IMG/VR virus record: IMGVR_UViG_3300025012_000056
From: a virus
Strand: one strand, 5' to 3'
DNA length: 64,000 bases
Shown here: piece by piece, positions 38,435 to 48,718 of the stretch
How positions within the stretch are numbered: position 1 is the first letter of the stretch
Layout of the letters: each line of letters starts with the position of its first letter
Notes under the pieces: model-generated
Databases searched by the model: none
What the model was told of the DNA's origin: nothing
The model's input: the letters and a program-made list of their open reading frames with translations, nothing else
Translations under genes and position numbers: made by a program

Positions 38435-39118
38435 ATGGGATTAGATAAATTTGAAGAAGACATTCCGAAGGAAGATAATTTAGAATATTTGGGGGAATTA
38501 GTTAAGGGAGATGACTATAATGTTAATCCTGATAAGGATGTAAGAATAATTGATCCGGAAACATTAGACAACACATTAAATATTAATTTTATGGAAAATC
38601 AGATTATTTTAATAAACGGGATATTGACTCCTTTGAGTTCTTTCCAGTTAATTAGGGGATTGAAGGAAGACCAGCTTTCAAAACATTTTAGTATTAAAGA
38701 AAAGAAGATTGGAGAGTTTCAACCCTTTTTATATGCAGCGCCATTAATAGAATTGTTAGAGGCATTTAGAGAAGAAATGGTCTCTCCAGTAATAATCAAT
38801 AGTGGTTTCCGCACGCATGAGAAACAAGAAGAGTTGAAGAAGGAGGGTTATCGTGCAGCCACTTATAGTCCTCACGAACAGGGGATGGCTTTTGATATAG
38901 ACACGAAGACTTGGAAGGAAACGCAAGATCAGGTTGCAATCATCTCCAGAATTGCTAATAATATGAAGATAATGGTGCGGATAGGATATATGAAATACTG
39001 GCATGCAGACAAAATGACCTTCTTTCATATAGACGTATGTCCTATGTATTTTGCGGAGGGAATGCCTTATCATAGTAAAGAACATCCAAAAGCGTGGGAG
39101 AATGAAATAAAATGGTGA
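38435..39118 (+). CDS. Peptidase M15-family cell-wall hydrolase, candidate endolysin
   Basis: INSGFRT, SPHEQGMAFDI (H-x6-D) and FFHIDV zinc ligands. Confidence 0.8.
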   Translation: MGLDKFEEDIPKEDNLEYLGELVKGDDYNVNPDKDVRIIDPETLDNTLNINFMENQIILINGILTPLSSFQLIRGLKEDQLSKHFSIKEKKIGEFQPFLYAAPLIELLEAFREEMVSPVIINSGFRTHEKQEELKKEGYRAATYSPHEQGMAFDIDTKTWKETQDQVAIISRIANNMKIMVRIGYMKYWHADKMTFFHIDVCPMYFAEGMPYHSKEHPKAWENEIKW

Positions 39119-39327
39119 TAAAACTAAATATATTGGAAATTATAAGATATTCAATATCAGTTAAGGGGAGAACGGTTGCCCCTGATGTGGAGTTGGAAGA
39201 GCCCATTCTTATTGAGGACAGACAAGATCCAAAGGTTGAGGAAAATAGAAAAAGAATAATGGGGGAGGAATCTGTAAAGAACAATCAATTGGTAGAAATA
39301 TTCTTCTATTTCAGAGAAAAGATTTAA
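39112..39327 (+). CDS. Hypothetical protein
   Basis: 71 aa between the peptidase and terminase. Confidence 0.45.
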   Translation: MVIKLNILEIIRYSISVKGRTVAPDVELEEPILIEDRQDPKVEENRKRIMGEESVKNNQLVEIFFYFREKI

Positions 39328-41052
39328 ATGCCTAAGTTTACAAAGAAACCAAAAGATGGTGTAGGAAGTGCATTAGACGTTCCATATCATATACCAAACA
39401 TTCCACATGTAGAGACACTTCCAAAGATCACAGAGACTTATAAGATTGTAGAGACCATAATAGACAATTTAGACGATGAGGCTTTATCTCAGCTTTGTTC
39501 GGGGACTGAGGAAGACATTGATAAGTTATTTGGGGTACTTACTGACGAAACGTACAAAATGTTGTTCGGCAAAGGAGGAATAGTGCGAGAAAGCACATTT
39601 CTTTATTTAGATAAACTCACAAAGAGTGTCGAAGAAACATTTAGAATTGAGAGTTTGAACTACTTTATTGCGAGTGCTCTCCCTGACTTTGAGATTAATT
39701 GGCACCATTTAGAGTGGGGCGAGATTGTGATGCATTATCTAAAATTTAGTATTTTGGCTGCGAGGGATCACGGGAAGTCATTCTTCTTCAGTAATGCACT
39801 CCCTATTTGGAAGATGTACCGTGCGAAACCATATAGCGAAATGTTGGGATACAGGAGGAAAGACTTGTCTCTATGTTTGACTGGCTATATCATTACAAAC
39901 GAAATGGGATTAGGAGTAGACCTGTTAGAGATTGTTAAAGGAACAATTGAAAGTAGTCCTTCCATTAGAGACAGGCTGATGCCTGAAAATAAGAACGATG
40001 GTTGGGGAGCAGAAAGAATTAAGTGTAGGAATGGTAGCAGATTAAGTGTTAAGAGCTATGGGAGTTCCTTCAGAGGAAGACATCCTGGATATATAATAGT
40101 GGACGATTTTTTGAAAGATAACATTATTTACAGCGATATCCAAAGACGAAAGAGCAACGACTATTTCCATGCTGTTATAATGAATGCAATTGTTCCAGGA
40201 GGACAAGTCCCGGTTGTAGGAACACCGTTCCATGAATTAGACTTGTATGGAGATCTCAAGACAAAGAAGGGTTGGTTGGTTTTAGAATATCCTGCTATAT
40301 TTCCAGATGGCAGAGTCTTATGGCCGAGCAGATATACCTTTAAAGACCTTATCAATAAAAAAGAAGAACAAGGAAATCTTATATTTTCCAGGGAGTCCTT
40401 GGTGAGACCAATCATGAGCGATAGTTCGTTGTTTCCGTTTGAGTTGATAAAGAGAGCATATGCGGGGATGGAAAATTATACGTTGGTTAATAATGTTGAA
40501 GCGTTTCCTGTTAAGTTCGAGCATATTGTAGTGGGTTGTGATTTTGCGATTAGTGCGAATGTGGGTGCGGACTTTAGTGTTTTCACTGTTTGGGGAATCA
40601 CAGAACAACAAGAGATGTGGCTAATTCACTTTTATAGAGCCAAAGGGAGAACATATGGGGAACAAATAGCAGTTTTGGCGAGCATTAATGCTAATTTCAG
40701 GCCAACTCTCTTTTATGTAGAGTCCAATCAAATGCAATTAATATTCGGACAAGGTATGGGAGATTTGGGCTTACCGATTATTACAGAAGCAACAGGAGCG
40801 AACAAATATGATTTAAAGAAAGGTGTTCCGAGCTTGGTCTTGTTGTTTGAAAGAAATAAGATTAAATTTCCCAGAGGAGACAAATATAGTCGTGAAATGA
40901 CTGATATAATGGCTGCAGAGTTTGCCGCTATGACTTGGACTGAAAAAGGATTAGAAGGAGTGGGAGCCCATGACGATACAGTTATGTCTACTTGGCAAGG
41001 AGAGAAAGGTATGGGGAATGTAAACTTTGGGTTTGATTTTGTAATGGCTTAG
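39328..41052 (+). CDS. terL: Terminase large subunit
   Basis: Walker A AARDHGKS, Walker B IIVDDF, VVGTP coupling motif, nuclease VVGCDFA and GAHDDTVM. Confidence 0.92.
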   Translation: MPKFTKKPKDGVGSALDVPYHIPNIPHVETLPKITETYKIVETIIDNLDDEALSQLCSGTEEDIDKLFGVLTDETYKMLFGKGGIVRESTFLYLDKLTKSVEETFRIESLNYFIASALPDFEINWHHLEWGEIVMHYLKFSILAARDHGKSFFFSNALPIWKMYRAKPYSEMLGYRRKDLSLCLTGYIITNEMGLGVDLLEIVKGTIESSPSIRDRLMPENKNDGWGAERIKCRNGSRLSVKSYGSSFRGRHPGYIIVDDFLKDNIIYSDIQRRKSNDYFHAVIMNAIVPGGQVPVVGTPFHELDLYGDLKTKKGWLVLEYPAIFPDGRVLWPSRYTFKDLINKKEEQGNLIFSRESLVRPIMSDSSLFPFELIKRAYAGMENYTLVNNVEAFPVKFEHIVVGCDFAISANVGADFSVFTVWGITEQQEMWLIHFYRAKGRTYGEQIAVLASINANFRPTLFYVESNQMQLIFGQGMGDLGLPIITEATGANKYDLKKGVPSLVLLFERNKIKFPRGDKYSREMTDIMAAEFAAMTWTEKGLEGVGAHDDTVMSTWQGEKGMGNVNFGFDFVMA

Positions 41053-41073
41053 AACAAAGTTAATAAAAGAAAA

Positions 41074-41193
41074 ATGATTAAGAGATTGTTTAAAATATTA
41101 ACTTTTCAAGATTTTGATTATTTCTCAATAGTTGGAAAGTTTTGGACTTTAATTATTTTAATAATAATTTTCTTGATATGGTTAAAATCATAG
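41074..41193 (+). CDS. 39-aa membrane peptide (below ORF-track cutoff)
   Basis: MIKRLFK...FWTLIILIIIFLIWLKS, directly after a CAAAGTTAATA motif. Confidence 0.4.
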   Translation: MIKRLFKILTFQDFDYFSIVGKFWTLIILIIIFLIWLKS

Positions 41194-41411
41194 CAAACGG
41201 TGAAGACTTCAATTGGACGGACAAACCAGTCTTAGGAGCAACATTAAGAGGACTTGGAGGAACAATGGACTCTTATAAACACGAAATCAAGAAAGATAAA
41301 CTATACAGAGTTGGGAAGCACAAGACCGAAGGACAAGTAGTGATTCTTCCAGTAGAAAAAGAAAACAAAGATGAGAAAGATACCAAGGGATCAATCGCTG
41401 GTTCCAATTAG
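41178..41411 (+). CDS. Hypothetical protein
   Basis: ATG at 41178 preferred over TTG at 41142. Confidence 0.5.
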   Translation: MVKIIANGEDFNWTDKPVLGATLRGLGGTMDSYKHEIKKDKLYRVGKHKTEGQVVILPVEKENKDEKDTKGSIAGSN

Positions 41412-41601
41412 TCATTATCAACAAAATCTTTTACCAGTAGAGTATATTGAGACGGTAGAAGCAGAGGAAATTCCTTTTGAGGACAAGGAAATAGATCATA
41501 GGAATGATGCTACTTGTTATGTTACTGGTTTTGACTTTGGATATTTGGGGATAGGAACAGTTGAAATAAACATTCATCCCCGGTATGCCTTAATTATTTG
41601 A
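41371..41601 (+). CDS. Hypothetical protein
   Basis: 76 aa. Confidence 0.45.
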   Translation: MRKIPRDQSLVPISHYQQNLLPVEYIETVEAEEIPFEDKEIDHRNDATCYVTGFDFGYLGIGTVEINIHPRYALII

Positions 41602-41635
41602 AAAATCAGTTATAAAGTAACAAATACATTTTGTT

Positions 41636-42739
41636 ATGAGTAATACAAGCGAATTAACACTATTGGACTATAAAGGTCATTTGAATTTTGAAACATTTGG
41701 TGAAGACTTTAATAAAGGAATAACCGAAGTTGAATTTAATGACCGATTTCCCAAAGAAAGATTTGAAGTCTATACAGAGAAGGCTCTCCAGGCATATACG
41801 ATGTCTGTAAGAAAGAAGATAATGGAGATTCAAAAGGCAGAAGGTGAAGATGAGGATACTATTGAGAAGGCGAGGACAAAAGGAGCGAAGGATAAGGTGA
41901 AGAGGAAAAGAAAAGACAGGCATAGTGAAGCATGGGATAAAGCTAATGAGGATTATGAATCTGGGGTAGAAGAATTGGCTGTAAAGTATAATAATAAAAA
42001 GGATTGGCAATATACTAAAGCAGGTCATAAGGATATGATAGAGCTTTGGAATAAAAGAGCAGATGAACATAATAGAATAGCTGGTGAGAGAGGAGGTCAC
42101 CCTCGTCCTAAAAAATCAGACATCTCTAAAGCATTCCTCGCAAACATCCAATTTCTCCAAAGAGTCATAAGATTAAATGAAGCTGGCGGACATGATGTGT
42201 TGTTTGTAAAAGCGAAGGATATAAAGAAATCTATTGAAGATACAATTGAAAAAGGATTATCTGATACACTCCGTTACAATTCTGACATGTCTGTAACCAA
42301 AACAGGCAAGGAAGTCCGTGAAAAGGTTGCATCCGCAATAACAATAATAAAAGAAAAGATTGTTAAGACCAAGGAAAGAATGGAGGTCATTGTTGATGAA
42401 GTGGGAGAACAGCCCACAGAAAAGCCATGGTTTAACAGCGAAGACAATCCAATGTCTAAGGATTACAGGACATACAACTATAACAAGACTTGCTATAATT
42501 GTGATAAGGCGACCGTTAACCAGGGATCAGTTGCAGCATATTCCGAAACAGCCGGAAAGAGTATCTCTGGCGCTTCGTCTGAAGACCAAGCAAAGCTATG
42601 TAGCGAATACAATCAGTTAGTCTCAAAGTGTTATTCCATGTGTAATGACCTGGAGATAGCTGAAGTCTTTCTCAGGAATTTCGACGACAAGAAGAGTTAC
42701 AAATTAAACATTCAACAACTGAAAGAATTTGGTTTTTAA
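41636..42739 (+). CDS. Hypothetical, possibly virion-associated protein
   Basis: 367 aa with a basic KARTKGAKDKVKRKRK segment; lies between terminase and the GT island. Confidence 0.5.
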   Translation: MSNTSELTLLDYKGHLNFETFGEDFNKGITEVEFNDRFPKERFEVYTEKALQAYTMSVRKKIMEIQKAEGEDEDTIEKARTKGAKDKVKRKRKDRHSEAWDKANEDYESGVEELAVKYNNKKDWQYTKAGHKDMIELWNKRADEHNRIAGERGGHPRPKKSDISKAFLANIQFLQRVIRLNEAGGHDVLFVKAKDIKKSIEDTIEKGLSDTLRYNSDMSVTKTGKEVREKVASAITIIKEKIVKTKERMEVIVDEVGEQPTEKPWFNSEDNPMSKDYRTYNYNKTCYNCDKATVNQGSVAAYSETAGKSISGASSEDQAKLCSEYNQLVSKCYSMCNDLEIAEVFLRNFDDKKSYKLNIQQLKEFGF

Positions 42740-42768
42740 GAATATAAACAATTAAATACAATAAAGTT

Positions 42769-43074
42769 ATGGCAACAACAAGTTCAGAAGCAGTTTACAC
42801 TTTCAGAAAAGGTGTAGGAGATCATAAAATAACAATTAAGGCATTTCAAAGTGGCGATAAGAATATCATTGTAGCCACAATAAAGGCTGAATCGGTGGGA
42901 GTAGCTGACGGCGATCTTCAATTAACGATGGAAAACACCTTTAAGCTGGGGAGTAACATTACCGAGCAATCCTTAACAGATTGGGCGGACACAGAGGGTT
43001 ATCATCTTAATAGAGCTGTAGGAGATACAGACGATGTTCTGTTTGACCCAGCAGCATCAGTCAGTGTTTCTTAA
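42769..43074 (+). CDS. Small beta-rich, possibly structural protein
   Basis: 101 aa preceded by an A-rich leader. Confidence 0.55.
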   Translation: MATTSSEAVYTFRKGVGDHKITIKAFQSGDKNIIVATIKAESVGVADGDLQLTMENTFKLGSNITEQSLTDWADTEGYHLNRAVGDTDDVLFDPAASVSVS

Positions 43075-43139
43075 TTAAGTTGAATTAACGACAGACGTTG
43101 AAAGACGTCTTTCTTTTATTTTATAAAAACAAGAAGACT

Positions 43140-43721
43140 ATGAATCGTTCAACAATTATCAATTCTCTTATAAAGAAAAATGGCTACAAGAGCTATTTAG
43201 AGATTGGGTGTCAAAACAATCGTAATTTCAATGTTATTGTTTGTAAAAAGAAGACAGGCGTTGATCCTGTTAAGGGAGGGACAGTTACACTACCAAGTGA
43301 TATCTTTTTCAGAGGAGCGATAAAAGGAAAAGAAAAATTTGATATCATCTTTATTGATGGGGATCACACGAAAGAGCAAGTGGCGAAGGATATTAAAAAT
43401 TCTTTGTCGTGTTTGAGCCCAGGCGGGACGATTGTGGTTCATGATTTGAATCCATCAACATTTGAAATGCAAGCAGTTCCAAGGATTCAGAAGGCATGGA
43501 CAGGAAATGGTTGGGAAGCTTGGGTTAAAATGAGAATGGAAAACAAAAATCTTTTGATGTGCTGTTTTGAGGGAGATTATGGTGTAGGTATTATTCAGAA
43601 GGGAAGTCAGGATCTTCTCATTGCAAAGAGCGCAATCAACTTTAATAATTTTGTAAAGAACAAGAAAAAATGGATGAATATGATTTCTTGGGAAGAAGTC
43701 CAGGAGATCTTTTTTAAGTAA
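43140..43721 (+). CDS. Class I SAM-dependent methyltransferase (Methyltransf_24-like)
   Basis: YLEIGC, FDIIFIDGDH, GGTIVVHD. Confidence 0.85.
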   Translation: MNRSTIINSLIKKNGYKSYLEIGCQNNRNFNVIVCKKKTGVDPVKGGTVTLPSDIFFRGAIKGKEKFDIIFIDGDHTKEQVAKDIKNSLSCLSPGGTIVVHDLNPSTFEMQAVPRIQKAWTGNGWEAWVKMRMENKNLLMCCFEGDYGVGIIQKGSQDLLIAKSAINFNNFVKNKKKWMNMISWEEVQEIFFK

Positions 43722-43729
43722 ATGAAATT

Positions 43730-44425
43730 GTGAATAAGGATATTGTTGTCTTTAGTTGTATATTCGGAAATTATGATACCTTAAAAGAACCTCTGTATGT
43801 AAATACAGGGGTCTCTTTTGTTCTTTTTACAGATAATCCAAACATAAAGAGTAATACTTGGAAGATTATTTTAGTTGATTTAAAGTATTTGGGAGGGGAT
43901 CCTCAAAGAGTAGCCAGAAGGATCAAAACAAATCCACATTTGTTTCTTCAAAAGAACCATAAAATAAGCGTTTGGGTTGATTCCAATTACCATATCAGGA
44001 TTAGAGATATCAAGAATTTTTGCAATTTATCTTTAACAAATAATGATGTGGCGATGTATAAGCATCCAAGGAGAAATTGTTTATATAAGGAAATTGATAC
44101 TTGTATTAATTCAAAATTAGATAAACCAGAAATCTTGTTAGCTCAAAAGAATAAGTATTTGAAGGTAAAATTCCCGTGCGAGAATGGTTTATATCATACT
44201 GCTGTAGTTATTCGTAGAAATAATACGAAAGTCAATAAGATAAATGAAGAGTGGTGGGAGGAAATAAAGAGATTCAGTCGAAGAGATCAAATTTCTTTAC
44301 CTTATATATTTTGGAGAAACGGTATAGTTCCAAATATTGTTCCATCTGAATTTGGAGAGACGTTATATAGAACAGATTATTTTTTCAGATTTAAGCATAA
44401 TCGTCAAAGAACTCGGTATGAATAA
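43730..44425 (+). CDS. DUF616/MUCI70-like glycosyltransferase
   Basis: CIFGNYDTL, SVWVDSN, HPRRNCLYKE, RDQISLPY. Confidence 0.8.
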   Translation: MNKDIVVFSCIFGNYDTLKEPLYVNTGVSFVLFTDNPNIKSNTWKIILVDLKYLGGDPQRVARRIKTNPHLFLQKNHKISVWVDSNYHIRIRDIKNFCNLSLTNNDVAMYKHPRRNCLYKEIDTCINSKLDKPEILLAQKNKYLKVKFPCENGLYHTAVVIRRNNTKVNKINEEWWEEIKRFSRRDQISLPYIFWRNGIVPNIVPSEFGETLYRTDYFFRFKHNRQRTRYE

Positions 44426-45263
44426 GCGAGGAGTCGTAGTCAAAGAAATGAAACCTGTTTTTGGGCCAATAGCGGATGCCATAAAGAAGACAGGAATAGA
44501 TATGATGGACTTTTCTGAGGTTGAAAAAATCAAGGATTATGATTATTTGATTGTGTTTTACAATAAGTTATTCCCAGCATTAGAGACAAGGGCAAAAGTG
44601 GGATGGTGGATGAATGATTTGAATTCTCCAAGTAAAGTCGGAACAGGAATTAATTGGGGATTTGATTATATATTTCTTTGTAACATGGAATTCTTTGAGA
44701 GTTATAAGCAAGTGTTTGAGAGACCAGTATTTTATATGCCGCAATGCGGATTAGATAGTGATAATATTAGTTGCAGAGATATTAATTGGGAAGTTTTATT
44801 TATTGGAAGTGTCGCTCCACATAGATATAGAAATAATAGGAAAGAAATATTAGAAGGGATTGGAAAATCATTTTTTCTTAAAGTTATTAGTGAGGAACGA
44901 ACCTCTGTGGATCAAAACATACTCTATAGAAACACGAAATATAATTTAAGCATTAGTTCACCATTAAATACAACAACGAGTAATCGTTTGTTTAATATAT
45001 TGGCTTCTGGTGGATTCGCATTGGTATCGTATTTCCCAGGATTAGAGAAATTGTTTAAGAATCATCAACATTTAGTGTGGTTTAAGAAGTCAAAAGAAGC
45101 AATAAGGTGGATAAATTATTATGATAACAATCCTATTAAATACAGTAGAATTAAGAGATTAGGACATTTGCAATATTTGGAGAAACATACTGCTAAACAT
45201 AGATTGGAGAATATGTTTGATATAATGGAAGGAAAAGAAACTAAATTTAGAGGATGGTTATGA
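44418..45263 (+). CDS. CgeB-like GT-B glycosyltransferase
   Basis: VLFIGS...YRN.R, RLFNILASGGF, GLEKLF...HLVWF. Confidence 0.75.
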   Translation: MNKRGVVVKEMKPVFGPIADAIKKTGIDMMDFSEVEKIKDYDYLIVFYNKLFPALETRAKVGWWMNDLNSPSKVGTGINWGFDYIFLCNMEFFESYKQVFERPVFYMPQCGLDSDNISCRDINWEVLFIGSVAPHRYRNNRKEILEGIGKSFFLKVISEERTSVDQNILYRNTKYNLSISSPLNTTTSNRLFNILASGGFALVSYFPGLEKLFKNHQHLVWFKKSKEAIRWINYYDNNPIKYSRIKRLGHLQYLEKHTAKHRLENMFDIMEGKETKFRGWL

Positions 45264-46018
45264 GAGATATAACATTATTATTTTATCCAGAACCACTCAA
45301 GAAAGTTCCTCTTTCAAGAGTGTATAGAATATGTAAAGAATATGGGATTAATTTTCATAATGATTCTAAACTACCATATGATTTACATATATTTTGGAGT
45401 TACACAAAATGTAGAATTATTCCAGATGGATTTACTTTAAATGCAAAAGATTGTATAAATAAGGGGTGTTGGGATGTTGGGAAGGAGAGAGTTAATGATA
45501 TTTTTAATGATATTAGAATTGATCCTACAATATTTAAAGGAATTTGTGTTGAGAAATTGGATCTTCAAGGTCGTCATGGCAGTCATCATTTGATAGAATG
45601 TCCTGCGAAGGAAAGAGAGGGATATATTTATCAGAAATATATTGAAAATAAGGAAGGAGATTTGTTTTACAAATATAGAATATATTATGCAGATGGTATA
45701 AATTATATTCTTAAAAGTTATAAGCCAAATCCTTTTGGGTCTGAATGTGTGAGACATGAGTTGATAGATAAAAATCAATTGTTTACAATAGAACAAGAAC
45801 AAGATTTTCATAAGAAGTGTAAAGAGTTTGGTTTTGATTTTGGGGAAATTGATGCTATGGTAGATAAAGGCAAGCTGATAATTATAGATGTTAATAATGT
45901 AGTTGGAGGAGGATTTGTTTGGGGATTAACTGGGACGCAATTACATAAAGATATTGATTATACATTCATTAAGTTTTTGGAGAAGAGGATAAATGATAAG
46001 ACAAGCGAGATTTGCTAA
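45260..46018 (+). CDS. ATP-grasp-like protein
   Basis: YIYQKYI and FDFGEIDAM...IIIDVNN resemble the ATP-grasp C-terminal metal-binding motif. Confidence 0.55.
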   Translation: MRDITLLFYPEPLKKVPLSRVYRICKEYGINFHNDSKLPYDLHIFWSYTKCRIIPDGFTLNAKDCINKGCWDVGKERVNDIFNDIRIDPTIFKGICVEKLDLQGRHGSHHLIECPAKEREGYIYQKYIENKEGDLFYKYRIYYADGINYILKSYKPNPFGSECVRHELIDKNQLFTIEQEQDFHKKCKEFGFDFGEIDAMVDKGKLIIIDVNNVVGGGFVWGLTGTQLHKDIDYTFIKFLEKRINDKTSEIC

Positions 46019-46724
46019 ATCAATAAGGTTTTTTAAGGAAGGATTTTTGAATCGTTGGGGATTAACTGATTATTCTAATAATCAAGAATCATGCATATTT
46101 GTAGGAATATATCGTTCAGAAGATGTTGATGTTGTTAATAATCATAAAGGATTTAAGTTAATTTGGAATACAGGAAGAATTAGAGATTGTTTTAAAAATA
46201 TTGATCCCATTAATGTTGTTGTAATGGAAAATACTATAGATTGTGAGTTAATAAAGGGATTGTATAAAATAAAGCGTGCGAACATTGAAATAAAGGATTT
46301 CTCTTTGTTTAAACTGAGTGAGTTGGGGAATAAGGTTTATTGCTATTTAGGCAATGCGAAGGGAAAATTTGTAATGGGTTTTGATTTAATGAAAGAAGTT
46401 GAAAAAGAAATTAAATATGAGATAATACAAGGATTTCAGGGAAACACTATAGAATTTGTTAGAGATAATATTTATAATGAATGTTTTGTAAATTTGAAAC
46501 CAAATTTGACTGGAGGAATTACATCAGCGGTGGAATTAGCATTAATGGGAAGAAGGACAATTTCAAATACAATTGCTCCCTTTTGTATGGGATATAAAAG
46601 TGTTGAGGATATTGTGCGAATCATTAATGAGGAAAGTAAAAAAATTGGGATTATACAAGCATCAAAATTAGGAAATTATTTTGATACAGGAGAAGAGTGG
46701 AGAGAAGAAAAATTTTGGTTATGA
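45993..46724 (+). CDS. Putative GT-B-like glycosyltransferase
   Basis: YNECFVNLKP...GGITSAVELALMGRRTI resembles a GT-B nucleotide-binding segment. Confidence 0.5.
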   Translation: MIRQARFAKSIRFFKEGFLNRWGLTDYSNNQESCIFVGIYRSEDVDVVNNHKGFKLIWNTGRIRDCFKNIDPINVVVMENTIDCELIKGLYKIKRANIEIKDFSLFKLSELGNKVYCYLGNAKGKFVMGFDLMKEVEKEIKYEIIQGFQGNTIEFVRDNIYNECFVNLKPNLTGGITSAVELALMGRRTISNTIAPFCMGYKSVEDIVRIINEESKKIGIIQASKLGNYFDTGEEWREEKFWL

Positions 46725-47350
46725 AAAGAAGAAATATTATCAATGATTTAATTGTTAAACTCAATTTTGAAAATTATCTTGAATTGGGGATAAGGACAAA
46801 AGAGACATTCAATAGCGTTATTTGTAAAAATAGAATGTCTGTTGATTGTGAAAATAAGTGGGAACCAACTTACTGTTATACAATTGATGATTTCTTTAAA
46901 TTGTTAGATGGGGGATTTTTAGATATTGATAAGAATTATAAATGGGATTTGATTTTTATTGATGCTTGTCATAAAGCAGAATATGTGTATAGAGATACAT
47001 TGAATTCTGTAAGACATTTGAATGATAAGGGAATATTGGTCTTGCATGATGTATTTCCAGTTAAATGGGAATTTACAATAGAGGATGATCAGAACGGAAC
47101 AGCTTGGAAGGTTGTTCCTTATATTTTGAAATATCATCCTGAATTAAATGTTTGCGTTATTCCAGAGAGAAATGGCGGATGTGGAATAGTTACTAAAAAT
47201 TTAGGAAAGTTAAGAGAGAATTGTTTAGATAAGGATTTTAATGTGTTTTATGATTTTTATTTAATGGATGTGAATAGAAAAAAATCGCAAAATATAATTG
47301 TATATTCTGATTTGATTGATTGGATTAAACAACCTTATTATAATAAATGA
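46721..47350 (+). CDS. Methyltransf_24-like methyltransferase, paralog of the 43140 gene
   Basis: YLELGI, WDLIFIDACH, GILVLHD, NGTAWK. Confidence 0.82.
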   Translation: MKRRNIINDLIVKLNFENYLELGIRTKETFNSVICKNRMSVDCENKWEPTYCYTIDDFFKLLDGGFLDIDKNYKWDLIFIDACHKAEYVYRDTLNSVRHLNDKGILVLHDVFPVKWEFTIEDDQNGTAWKVVPYILKYHPELNVCVIPERNGGCGIVTKNLGKLRENCLDKDFNVFYDFYLMDVNRKKSQNIIVYSDLIDWIKQPYYNK

Positions 47351-47351
47351 T

Positions 47352-47948
47352 ATGGCAATCATTAAGTTTATCAAAGATAAAGAAGAACAAATTCTAACTG
47401 AATTAGGATTTCAATATAATGGTTTGAGATTGTGTGAATTGGGAAATCAGAGTTTTGGTGAGAGACCAGCTAAATTAATGTATGGTTTATTGGGTGCCTA
47501 TCATGTATCAATAGATATTAATGGGAGAGATGGAGCATTTCCATTTAATTTATCAGAAGAGTTACCAGAATATATGGGAGGACATTTTAATGTAATTACA
47601 AATTATAGTACAACGGAACATGTTAGCAGTCAAATTGAGGTGTTTAAGAATATTCATAATCTTTGTAGAGTTGGGGGAATAATGATTCATGGAGTTCCTC
47701 TTATAAATAATTGGGCGGGACACGGGAGATATTATTATACATTAGAATTTTTCAATAAATTAGCGAATTTTAATGGGTATAAAATTTATGTTTTAGAGAT
47801 TTTAGATAAGGATTTTTATGCGGCTCCAAAGAATTTAGTCTATTCAGTGTTAATTAAAGAAGTAAATAATGATTTTAAAGGTTTTGATTTTAAAGATATA
47901 TTTGATTCTGGCAATGTAAGTCGTACGCAAAATTATGCTAAAAGATGA
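47352..47948 (+). CDS. SAM-dependent methyltransferase-like protein
   Basis: LCELGNQ, SIDING, FNVITNYSTTEHV, GGIMIH. Confidence 0.7.
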   Translation: MAIIKFIKDKEEQILTELGFQYNGLRLCELGNQSFGERPAKLMYGLLGAYHVSIDINGRDGAFPFNLSEELPEYMGGHFNVITNYSTTEHVSSQIEVFKNIHNLCRVGGIMIHGVPLINNWAGHGRYYYTLEFFNKLANFNGYKIYVLEILDKDFYAAPKNLVYSVLIKEVNNDFKGFDFKDIFDSGNVSRTQNYAKR

Positions 47949-48718
47949 AAGACTTTGTAAAAGAATATTGGGATAAAAATGCTCAAAAATTTGGTGGTTC
48001 TCATTGGGCTTCCTGGGGCGACAATTTTATGATAGAATTGGAGATTGATATTATTGCAAAGTATCTTAAGGACGGAGATTATGTTTTAGATGTAGGTTGC
48101 GGTAATGGTTATTCAACATTTGAGCAAGTTAAGAGACATAGTCTTTCTATTGAGGGAATTGATTATTCTTTGTTTATGATTAAGGAAGCCATTAAAAAAA
48201 GAAATGAAATAAAAAAGGAAAGAACTATATTATTCTTTGAGGGAGATGTTAGGAAACTTGACTATAAGGATGAATTGTTTGATAAGACATATGTTACGAG
48301 AGTATTGATTAATCTTCAAACTTGGGAAGAACAAATTCAAGGAATTAAAGAATGTCTTAGGGTCACTAAACCAGGAGGAACAATCATTCTTTTAGAAGCA
48401 TTTTGGGAACCTCTTCAAAAATTGAATGCAATAAGATTAATTTGTGGTCTTCAACCTTTAGTGGAACATGATTTTAATAGATATTTGAAAGAATCAAAGT
48501 TAATAGAATTTTTAGAGAGGGAAGGGATTAAATATAAAAAAGAAGAATTTAGTTCAGTTTATTACTTTGGAAGTCGTGTGTTAAGAGAACTTGTCACTGA
48601 TTTTAAATCATTTGAAGGTTATGATAATCCAATAAATGAGGAGTTTTGTAAATTAGCAAAGAAATATAATGGCGGGGGAGTTGGAATTCAAATTGCATAT
48701 ATACTTTATAAATTATGA
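47945..48718 (+). CDS. Class I SAM-dependent methyltransferase
   Basis: VLDVGCGNG, GIDYS, EGDV, LRVTKPGG. Confidence 0.9.
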   Translation: MKDFVKEYWDKNAQKFGGSHWASWGDNFMIELEIDIIAKYLKDGDYVLDVGCGNGYSTFEQVKRHSLSIEGIDYSLFMIKEAIKKRNEIKKERTILFFEGDVRKLDYKDELFDKTYVTRVLINLQTWEEQIQGIKECLRVTKPGGTIILLEAFWEPLQKLNAIRLICGLQPLVEHDFNRYLKESKLIEFLEREGIKYKKEEFSSVYYFGSRVLRELVTDFKSFEGYDNPINEEFCKLAKKYNGGGVGIQIAYILYKL

